From positions 1,888,001-1,952,000 of the forward strand of contig OY970194.1 in NCBI GenBank assembly GCA_963708075.1: DNA of 64,000 nucleotides. The letters run 5' to 3'. This DNA is from Sedimentisphaerales bacterium. GTDB taxonomy: Bacteria > Planctomycetota > Phycisphaerae > Sedimentisphaerales > Anaerobacaceae. Below, piece by piece: positions 47,583-55,585 of the stretch; positions within the stretch are counted from its first letter, which is position 1, and each line of letters begins with the position of its first letter. Both the position numbers and the translations under genes were made by a program. The notes below the pieces were generated by a model that made no database searches, was not told the origin of the DNA, and saw only the letters and a program-made list of their open reading frames with translations.

Positions 47583-47855
47583 ATGGCCAAAGCAAATGTT
47601 GACCCCGCGGAGTTACGGCGTTTTGCCCGGGATCTGACTCGCTTCAACTCCGACTTGGAAACCTTGCTGGTGGGCCTGCAGGGCCGCCTGAAGGAACTGG
47701 AGAGAAGCTGGGCGGACCAGGAACAGAGACGGTTTGCCCAGGAGTTTGAACTGACCGTGAAGACCCTGCGCCGCTTTCTCGACGCGTCCACCCAGCATGT
47801 GACATTTCTGGCGAAGAAAGCTGGTCACATCGAAGACTATCTACAGCAGCGGTAG
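47583..47855 (+). CDS. WXG100-like protein (WxD variant)
   Basis: 90 aa helical hairpin; ANVDPAELRRFA, central SWAD, KKAGHIEDYL tail. Confidence 0.85.
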   Translation: MAKANVDPAELRRFARDLTRFNSDLETLLVGLQGRLKELERSWADQEQRRFAQEFELTVKTLRRFLDASTQHVTFLAKKAGHIEDYLQQR

Positions 47856-47864
47856 GAATCGAAG

Positions 47865-48527
47865 ATGGGCCAGGAGGCAAGAGTAAGTTCCATCTCCGTG
47901 CTCAAGCAGCTCAGGGCGTCGTTGGGCACCTTCGCGAAGATTGCCTCCATAGCTATGGAGGAGGCGAGCGCGGGGATTCAGCACACGCGTCAATGGGTGC
48001 GGGAGGACCAGAACCGTTTTTGGAAAGCGCAGGTCCAGGCACGCACGGAGCAATTTACGCGTGCGAAGCGTGCCTTGAAGCAGCGTCAGGTGTTCGACAG
48101 GACTCTGGCGGGCACTCCCAGCTCGTGCGTGGACGAAAAGAAAGCCTTACAGGTGGCGGAGGCCCGGCTGCGGGAAGCCGAGTACAAGCTCAGTCGGGTC
48201 AAGGCCTGGAGCCAGCAGATCGAGAAGGAATGGTCGGACTACCGGGCGGCAACACAGAGACTTGTCAATGGGGTCGAGGTGGAGATTCCGAATGCCCGAG
48301 CCCGGCTGGACAAAATGATCGATTCGCTCGAGGCATACTTCGCTCTGCCGCCCCTGGAAATGCCCAGGAGCGGCACGGAGCAACCCGAGGTCGATCTCGT
48401 GCAACCCGGGGAGGCGCCGGCGCCAGTCCCGCCCGAGCACCCCGCCCCTGCGCCGCCGAGCGCCGCAGAGACGGTCGAGGCGCCGCCCGAGACAACGCCG
48501 ACGTCACACGGTAATTCTATACCCTGA
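47865..48527 (+). CDS. Coiled-coil protein with Pro-rich tail, probable T7SS-like substrate or partner
   Basis: In operon between WXG100-like genes; RLDKMIDSLEAY echoes the WXG100 C-terminus. Confidence 0.65.
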   Translation: MGQEARVSSISVLKQLRASLGTFAKIASIAMEEASAGIQHTRQWVREDQNRFWKAQVQARTEQFTRAKRALKQRQVFDRTLAGTPSSCVDEKKALQVAEARLREAEYKLSRVKAWSQQIEKEWSDYRAATQRLVNGVEVEIPNARARLDKMIDSLEAYFALPPLEMPRSGTEQPEVDLVQPGEAPAPVPPEHPAPAPPSAAETVEAPPETTPTSHGNSIP

Positions 48528-48541
48528 CAAAGGGAGGTTAC

Positions 48542-48769
48542 GTGAGTACCATCGAAAGCCGTGCCAAGTTTATCCAGGCTGCCAAGAAGCTGATGGCGGA
48601 CTGGCAGCAGGCCCAGGAAGAGTGGCGGGATGACAACTGCCGACAGTTCGACAAGAAGTATATGGCGCCGCTGGAGTCGAGTATCCGCTCGGCAGCCTTG
48701 GCCATGGAACGCATGGAGACAATACTCGAGAGTGCACAACAGGATTGTGCCGACAGCACGGGACCTTAA
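48542..48769 (+). CDS. Small WXG100-like protein (WRD motif)
   Basis: 75 aa, helical, EEWRDD; RBS GGAGG. Confidence 0.65.
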   Translation: MSTIESRAKFIQAAKKLMADWQQAQEEWRDDNCRQFDKKYMAPLESSIRSAALAMERMETILESAQQDCADSTGP

Positions 48770-48772
48770 TCC

Positions 48773-51700
48773 ATGAATACTCATTTGCAGGCCTATCTTC
48801 CGGGCCCGGAGCCGTTGCAGAACAACGACCACACAAGTCTCCAGCGTCAGGCGATGGGCGAAGTGCTTCGACTTTCGCCTGCCGTCTTGCGGCCCCTGGA
48901 ATCCCAGATCGCATCCGACTATCAAGTGGCCGTGCAGCGGGCGCAGGAACGGCTCGCCGCGGACAAGAGCAAGATAGAAGCCGCGCTGCAGGCCGGGAGC
49001 CAGGAGATTCAACGCCAGTATGATGCCCGGCGCGAGGCGACCCGAGCTGACTACGAGGCACGGCTCAGCACCATCAAGGTGGACGCCCAACACGCGCACA
49101 ACCGGGTCAACCAGAAAGCGACGGAGCTGAAGAGCAAGGCGGAGAAGGAATACCAGGATCAGGTGATGGTCGTGGAATATGTGGCCGAGGGGGCGACCAC
49201 CAAGGTCCAGCAGGGACGCATGACGGCGCAAGCGGTGGTTCAAGCCGCCCGCCAATATCTCGACGCCCTTGGCATGCAGGCGGATGAACTCCTGCGGCTC
49301 TACCGGCAGTCCGTCCCTCCCCTTGGCGAGAGAGCCCAACCCGATACGGACGTGGGCCCGTCTCCCGCTGAGGTTTACCGCTCCCAGCAGGCCTTGGCCG
49401 AGCTACATCTGAAGACACTCAGGCGGCTATTTGCCGCTCAGCTTTTCGTCGGCATTTACCCGCTGTTGTTCATCGGTGGAGTTCTCGGCATCGCTGTGAT
49501 GTTGCTGACGCTCCTGTACCTTCTGAAAGTCCCCGGCCTGCCCCCCCTTCTGGTGACAGGTCCGGTCACGGTTGGTTTGGTGATCGTTCTGGTCGGCTTG
49601 GGTGGGCGTGCCCTGTGGCGGCTGGCGAAGCGTCAGGTCCGGCGGGAGTTCACGGCATTCCAGGAAGCATTGACAGTGGCGCGCCGCGCTCTCGACCAAC
49701 AGCAGGAACTGACATTGCAGGACATCGAAGGGCAGTCGCGGACCTCCCTGGAGCAAACGGAGGCGGAGTCGCGGAAGGCCCGCGAGGCCCTCGAAGCGAC
49801 CAAGATACGGATTGCGAAGCAGCGCAGCACATCCCTGCAGGAGGTCGATCAGCGCGGGCGGGAAGCCTTGGATCGTCTTAAGCAACAAAGAGACAAGGCC
49901 TTGAACGAAGCGGAACGCGACTACCGGGAGCACCGGTTGGCGCTGGAGCAGCGACACCGCCAGGAATTGGCGCAGGTGCAGGCAAGATATGACCAGGACA
50001 TGGCTGCATGTGAGCACGAGCATCGGACTTCCCGCCAGAGGTTGGAGGAGCGATTGGACAAAGGCCTCACCTGCGTTCGGGCCATGCTCCAGGATACGGC
50101 CGATCTCAGCACGAGGGGTGTCGCAGGCTGGGACCACTTGCTGGTTGAATCCTGGACACCCCCCCAGACTCCCCCGTCTGCGGTCCGGTTTGGAGCATTT
50201 GCATTGGACTTACGGTCGTTGACGGACGTCGTACGGGCTCGGCTCGGGCCGGGCCTGGAGCCGACCGGACCCGTGGTTCTTCCGGCCCTGCTGGAATTCC
50301 CCCGGCAGTGTTCCATGCTACTTCAGTCCCCGCGTGAAGGGCGAGAGCTGGCGCTCGAGACTCTGCGAGCAGTGATGATGCGGCTCTTCACATCTCTCCC
50401 ACCGGGCCGGGTCCGCTTCACGATTCTCGACCCCATAGGCCTGGGCGAGAGCTTTGCCGGTTTCATGCACGCGGGGGACTACCAGGAGGCCCTGGTCGGC
50501 GGCCGCATCTGGACGGAGGCCCCCCAGATCCAGCAGCAACTGGAAGACCTCACGCAGCACATGGAGACCGTGATCCAGAAATACCTCCGCAACGAGTTCG
50601 AAACCATTGAGCAGTACAACGAGCAGGCGGGCGAGCTGGCGGAGCCGTATCGCTTCCTGGTGATCGCCGACTTCCCCACGAATTTCAATGAAGAAGCAGC
50701 CCGGCGTCTGAGCAGCATCGTTCACAGCGGTCCGCGGTGCGGCGTCCATACGCTCATCGCATACGACACGCGTCACGAGCTGCCGGCCGGCATCGATATA
50801 CAGGACGTGAGCGCCAACAGCATTCACCTCCTGTATGAAAAGGGCTGCTATGTCTGGCAAGACCCGATCCTGCGGCAATTCCCGCTCACCCTGGACCAGC
50901 CCCCGGACGAGACCACGTTGACGAAAATCATGCACGTGATCGGCAAGGCCGGCGCCCGGGCGGCCCGGGTCGAGGTTCCCTTCGAGGCGGTCGCTCCGGC
51001 CCAACACCAGACTTGGTCGCTCGATAGCCGGGCGGAGATTTGCGTTCCGCTGGGCCGCACGGGCGCGACGCGCCTGCAATATCTGCGTCTGGGTCGTGGG
51101 GTGGCCCAGCACATGTTGATCGCCGGCAAGACCGGCTCCGGCAAGTCCACTCTCCTCCACGTCATGGTTACCAACCTCGCCCTGTGGTATGCGCCCGACC
51201 AGGTGGAGCTCTACCTGGTCGATTTCAAACAGGGAGTGGAATTCAAAACCTACGTCACCCATCATCTCCCCCACGCCCGCGCGATCGCCATCGAGAGTGA
51301 CCGCGAATTCGGGCTGAGCATTCTGCGGCGCCTGGATGCCGAAATGGCCCATCGGGGCGAGCTGTTCCGCAGCTCCGGCGTGCAGGATATCAACGCCTAT
51401 CGTCAATCCACGGGAAAGACCATGCCGCGCACCGTACTCATCGTGGACGAGTTCCAGGTTTTCTTCGCGGAAGACGACAAGCTGGCCCAGGACGCAGCCG
51501 TGCTCCTGGAACAGCTCGTTCGCCAGGGACGAGCTTTTGGCATCCACGTGGTCCTGGGATCGCAGACGCTGGGCGGCGTGTTCGGCCTGGCTCGCAGCAC
51601 AATCGGACAAATGGCCATACGCGTCGCGTTGCAGTGCTCGGAGGCGGATTCCCAACTCATTCTCGACGACGAGAACGTCGCCGCCCGGCTGCTGTCAAGG

Positions 51701-52765
51701 CCAGGGGAGGCGATCTACAATGACGTTGGCGGCCGGGTCGCGGGGAACAGTCCCTTCCAGACGGCGTGGCTATCGGATGCCTGCCGGGATTCCTGCCTGA
51801 GCCGGGTCACCGAGCTCGCACGTACCCGGCAGCAGTCGCATGTGCCCATGGTCGTTTTCGAAGGCAGCGCGCCCGCCGACATCACAGAGAACCGCCTCCT
51901 GGCCGAATGCCTGGAACAAGCGGAGAGTTCTCAGTCAACCGTCAACCGTCAACTGTCAACTGTCAACTCGTCGGTGCGAATTTGGCTGGGAGCGCCGGTG
52001 ACGATGAAAGACCCCACCGTGGTGACGCTGCGCCGGCAAGGCGGGGCGAACCTCTTGCTCGTCGGGCAGAGAGATGAGGTGGCCCTGAATCTGTTGTCCG
52101 CCGCTCTGGTCGCTTTGGCCGCACAGCTCCCCCGCCGGTCAGCCCAGTTCGTAATTCTGGACGGCAGTGCGGCTGACTCCCCGCACGCCGGCGTGCTGGC
52201 ACGCGTGGCGTCGGCACTGCCACACAGTTGTCGGTTTGTCCCCTGGTCCGATGTTCAAACGGTGCTCGCGGAATTGGCCCGGGAAGCCCAAAGACGTGTG
52301 CAGGACAATCAGCATGATGCGCCGGCCCTCATCCTGATCGTCTATGGGTTGCAGCGCTATCGCGTCCTGCGCCGCAGCGAGGATGCTTTGGGGTTGTCTT
52401 TCGACAGTACGGCGGAGCCTCGGCCGGATGTGCAATTCTCGGAACTGCTGCGGGAAGGCCCCGGCGTCGGCATTCATGTCCTCGCGTGGGCCGATACGCT
52501 CAGCACGTTGGAGCGGACCGTGGACCGCCAGACCCTGCGCGAATTCGACTACCGTGTGCTCTTTCAGATGAGTGCGGCTGACTCAAGCAATCTGATCGAC
52601 TCGCCCATAGCCAATCAACTGGGGCTGCACCGCGCCCTTCTCTATAGCGAGGAACAAGGCGGGCTGGAGAAATTCCGTCCCTACAATACCCTCAGAGATG
52701 ACTGGTTGGCTTGTGTCCGCAGGAAACTGATGCCGGAGGCGGCTGCGGCGGACCACGAGGCGTAG
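48773..52765 (+). CDS. FtsK/SpoIIIE family membrane ATPase (EssC/EccC-like)
   Basis: Coiled coils, two TM helices, Walker A GKTGSGKS, Walker B LIVDEFQ, RQGRAFGIH...SQ, flanked by two degenerate ATPase-like domains. Confidence 0.9.
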   Translation: MNTHLQAYLPGPEPLQNNDHTSLQRQAMGEVLRLSPAVLRPLESQIASDYQVAVQRAQERLAADKSKIEAALQAGSQEIQRQYDARREATRADYEARLSTIKVDAQHAHNRVNQKATELKSKAEKEYQDQVMVVEYVAEGATTKVQQGRMTAQAVVQAARQYLDALGMQADELLRLYRQSVPPLGERAQPDTDVGPSPAEVYRSQQALAELHLKTLRRLFAAQLFVGIYPLLFIGGVLGIAVMLLTLLYLLKVPGLPPLLVTGPVTVGLVIVLVGLGGRALWRLAKRQVRREFTAFQEALTVARRALDQQQELTLQDIEGQSRTSLEQTEAESRKAREALEATKIRIAKQRSTSLQEVDQRGREALDRLKQQRDKALNEAERDYREHRLALEQRHRQELAQVQARYDQDMAACEHEHRTSRQRLEERLDKGLTCVRAMLQDTADLSTRGVAGWDHLLVESWTPPQTPPSAVRFGAFALDLRSLTDVVRARLGPGLEPTGPVVLPALLEFPRQCSMLLQSPREGRELALETLRAVMMRLFTSLPPGRVRFTILDPIGLGESFAGFMHAGDYQEALVGGRIWTEAPQIQQQLEDLTQHMETVIQKYLRNEFETIEQYNEQAGELAEPYRFLVIADFPTNFNEEAARRLSSIVHSGPRCGVHTLIAYDTRHELPAGIDIQDVSANSIHLLYEKGCYVWQDPILRQFPLTLDQPPDETTLTKIMHVIGKAGARAARVEVPFEAVAPAQHQTWSLDSRAEICVPLGRTGATRLQYLRLGRGVAQHMLIAGKTGSGKSTLLHVMVTNLALWYAPDQVELYLVDFKQGVEFKTYVTHHLPHARAIAIESDREFGLSILRRLDAEMAHRGELFRSSGVQDINAYRQSTGKTMPRTVLIVDEFQVFFAEDDKLAQDAAVLLEQLVRQGRAFGIHVVLGSQTLGGVFGLARSTIGQMAIRVALQCSEADSQLILDDENVAARLLSRPGEAIYNDVGGRVAGNSPFQTAWLSDACRDSCLSRVTELARTRQQSHVPMVVFEGSAPADITENRLLAECLEQAESSQSTVNRQLSTVNSSVRIWLGAPVTMKDPTVVTLRRQGGANLLLVGQRDEVALNLLSAALVALAAQLPRRSAQFVILDGSAADSPHAGVLARVASALPHSCRFVPWSDVQTVLAELAREAQRRVQDNQHDAPALILIVYGLQRYRVLRRSEDALGLSFDSTAEPRPDVQFSELLREGPGVGIHVLAWADTLSTLERTVDRQTLREFDYRVLFQMSAADSSNLIDSPIANQLGLHRALLYSEEQGGLEKFRPYNTLRDDWLACVRRKLMPEAAAADHEA
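51925..51968 (+). repeat. Five GTCAAC(C/T) heptamers in frame inside the FtsK-like gene
   Basis: GAGTTCTCA followed by GTCAACC x2 and GTCAACT x3. Confidence 0.85.
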
Positions 52766-52820
52766 GAATGCATGGCTGCGATTGCGATACCGAGGCGATG
52801 CGGTGCCACTCTTAGCGGGA

Positions 52821-55391
52821 TCACATGCTATCCGGGTTGGGCGGCAACGATTGGAGCACCGCCCACATCAGGACGGCGGAGGCGGTGCCGTCCATAGTTG
52901 GCTCGTTGCTTGCGTAATCCTGAAAGTCGTCGTGATAAACCGCGCGAGGGTCCTGAAATTCGGCCAGCGGATCGGGTTCGGTAATGCTCACGCCTTTCAG
53001 GGACTTGAAGATGCGTTCGTAGACCGGGCCGTCTACCAGGCCGCCTCTCACGGCGCGTCCGGTCAGGCGCGTGGTCATCAGGTGCACGTTCCTCGGTGAC
53101 ACGGTGCCCACCGCCATGAATTGCGTAGTGCCCCACGGGTTTCGGCCGAGCAGCCAATCGCGATGCCGGGCGGCGAATTCGCGATAGCGGCCGTCGCCGG
53201 TCATCTGTTCGTAGAGCTGACATTGGGTCACCAAAGCCACCATCAGGTTGTTCGAGCACCAGATGAACGGGACGCCGACACCAAAGGGGTTCTTCTCGCC
53301 GGCGGCGCGGCAGCGTTCGATCCCCTCACGATACCAGCCTTCCAGCAACTTCTGGAATTCGGCATCAACGACGCCATGCAAGCGGAAATGGCCGGCATTG
53401 AAGAACGGGTAGAACTGGTAGTGGCCGGTCTGCTCACGGCCCATCCAGGATTCCGATCCGGCCAGGCGCGCGTAGCGTCTGGCGTCGTCGAGGTATCGCC
53501 GGTTGCCCGTAGCCCGAAAGAGCTCCGCCGCACCCCATTCCATGTCATCGGCCCAGGTGGTTTCGGCATAACGATAAGGCGCCCCGTACGAGTTGCCCTG
53601 CTGGACACCTTCTCTGTCCCGACCGAGTTGGTAGACCTCTTCCCCCGCCGTCAGACACCGTCGCGCGAACGCAGTCAGGTTCGGATCGTCCTTCCAGACT
53701 TGGAAGGCCAGGGCCATGGCGGCGGCGTAGCGTCCGGCGAGGTTGGCCAAGCCGGTGGATTCGCTCGGGTAGCGTCCGAGCCCCTGAGGCCGGCCATCGG
53801 CGCCATACACCACGCGGTGGCTGCCTTTGCCCCAACCGTAGTCCGCGCGCTCATCCTGCGGCAGCCGCCAGCCCCAGTGATCGCGGTCATCCGCCACCTG
53901 ATGGTACAACTGGTCCGGCGCCGGATGCAGCTTCAGCATCCACTCCAGACCCCAGCGCGCTTCGTCGAGAAGATCGGGCAGGCCGTTGCCGCCGGCTTGG
54001 CCGAGGGCGTCGAACCGATCGTTGAAGAGCGACGGCTGGTGCTGCTCCGGAGTGCGATGGTGCATTTCCCACGCGAGCAACATCTGCGCTGTAGCGTTGC
54101 TCGAAGTGAGCAGGTATTTCAGAAGGTCGGCGGCATCGTGCCAGCCGCCCCGGGCATCGATGACTGTGCCGGCGGCAAGCGGTCCGTAGGCGGTGCGGCC
54201 GTCCAGTTGATGACACTGCGCATTGAGCCACGGGTTGAATCCGCAGCGCTGCTGGCGCATGAACTCCAACAGGAGATCCGGCAGCGGCTGGAAGACCGCG
54301 TCGTCCACGAAAATTGGCAGAGAGACGGCTCCGCCGAGGCGAAGGCGGAAGCGTCCAGGCTGGCGGAGCGCCGAAAAGTCGAGTTCCGCAACGTGGTTGA
54401 ATCGGCTCCAGTTCATTCCCATTGCCGGGCGTGTGGCGCCCTGGAAGACCGACCGGCCGGAGTCCAATTCAATGACATCAAAACGCTCCGGAAGAGGCTC
54501 GCAGGCGATGGCGACAGCGAGTTTTGGGCTTTGCACAGGGTAGCCAACCTGGCTGGCGCGAAGATGACGCCCCAACAGGCGGTCGATGCGCTCGAACGCG
54601 TAACCGCGCTCCTTGAGCCGGCTTAGCAGTTCAGGCAGACGGAGGTGCATCTTATCCGCGCGCTCGGGGCCGCTGCCCAAGTGCATGAGCAGCAGAAAGC
54701 CATTGAGCCCCGCCGAGTCTTGCGACTCGCGTCGCAGGACGCTGTCCAGAATTGCATGGGAAGACACGAAATTAGCGTCTTTCTCGAGAGTGTAGTCCGC
54801 CGCCGAACGGGTGCCGGGCGAGAGATTGACCAGCGTCAAACCCATCGTATGGGTCCAGTCGCTGATGTCACGATTGTGATGCTCGTAGGCGGGCAGGAAG
54901 AACCGTGCCTGCATGCGCGTGACGCCGAAACGCTCCAACTCACGCAGGTTGTCGTTCAGATCCGCCTCAAACTCGGCGTGTGTCAGCAGAGTCCGGCGGT
55001 CGGGTGTCCACTCGCAGTAGAGCCGGTGCCGGTCGGAATGCGGACCCACGTAATGGCCCTCGGCCAGCATCCGCCGGATCAGCGGCGCGAACTCCGCGTT
55101 GCGCAGGAAGTCGCCGGTCAGGAAGAAAGACGCCTTTGCCCCATGCCGGGACAGTGCCTCCAAGATGGGACCGGCTCCCTCCGCGAACTCATGGCCGGTG
55201 AACACCAACGCCAACTGCCGGGTGGATCTCGATCCGCGCACAACCGCGCCGTCCTGGTAGGCAAATGAGTCCTCGGCCGTGAGATGAGCAGCCGTTTCCT
55301 CAGCCGCGACAGGCCGCAGCGATGAGGGAATACAGAACGCAAGCCATGCAACCAGTGTGAAGGAAAGACATCGAATACGATCCATAGTCAT
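52821..55391 (-). CDS. Secreted polysaccharide deacetylase-like (CE4) plus glycoside hydrolase family 9 fusion
   Basis: LVFTGHE...HYVGPHSDRH...LLMHLG; GGWHDAAD, DWLLGRNPWG, NEPTMDGTA. Confidence 0.85.
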   Translation of the reverse strand: MTMDRIRCLSFTLVAWLAFCIPSSLRPVAAEETAAHLTAEDSFAYQDGAVVRGSRSTRQLALVFTGHEFAEGAGPILEALSRHGAKASFFLTGDFLRNAEFAPLIRRMLAEGHYVGPHSDRHRLYCEWTPDRRTLLTHAEFEADLNDNLRELERFGVTRMQARFFLPAYEHHNRDISDWTHTMGLTLVNLSPGTRSAADYTLEKDANFVSSHAILDSVLRRESQDSAGLNGFLLLMHLGSGPERADKMHLRLPELLSRLKERGYAFERIDRLLGRHLRASQVGYPVQSPKLAVAIACEPLPERFDVIELDSGRSVFQGATRPAMGMNWSRFNHVAELDFSALRQPGRFRLRLGGAVSLPIFVDDAVFQPLPDLLLEFMRQQRCGFNPWLNAQCHQLDGRTAYGPLAAGTVIDARGGWHDAADLLKYLLTSSNATAQMLLAWEMHHRTPEQHQPSLFNDRFDALGQAGGNGLPDLLDEARWGLEWMLKLHPAPDQLYHQVADDRDHWGWRLPQDERADYGWGKGSHRVVYGADGRPQGLGRYPSESTGLANLAGRYAAAMALAFQVWKDDPNLTAFARRCLTAGEEVYQLGRDREGVQQGNSYGAPYRYAETTWADDMEWGAAELFRATGNRRYLDDARRYARLAGSESWMGREQTGHYQFYPFFNAGHFRLHGVVDAEFQKLLEGWYREGIERCRAAGEKNPFGVGVPFIWCSNNLMVALVTQCQLYEQMTGDGRYREFAARHRDWLLGRNPWGTTQFMAVGTVSPRNVHLMTTRLTGRAVRGGLVDGPVYERIFKSLKGVSITEPDPLAEFQDPRAVYHDDFQDYASNEPTMDGTASAVLMWAVLQSLPPNPDSM

Positions 55392-55585
55392 TCCCCGTCT
55401 TCTGCCGGCGATTGCTCCTGCCCTCAGGTCAGTTTTGACCACGCACAGACGGACGCATTCTCCTGTGTCACATGGATTCCGGCCACCCGAGAGCCACACG
55501 GGGGGCGATCGTCCCCAGTGAACCGAGGCAGCCCATTCGTGTGCGCAGACATCGTCAACCTGCCGGCCCGTGTATGGGACGGCGG

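Noticed and set aside
48773..52765. Cell-division FtsK or conjugative coupling protein
   Set aside because: No gamma domain or conjugation genes; it is in an operon with WXG100-like genes.
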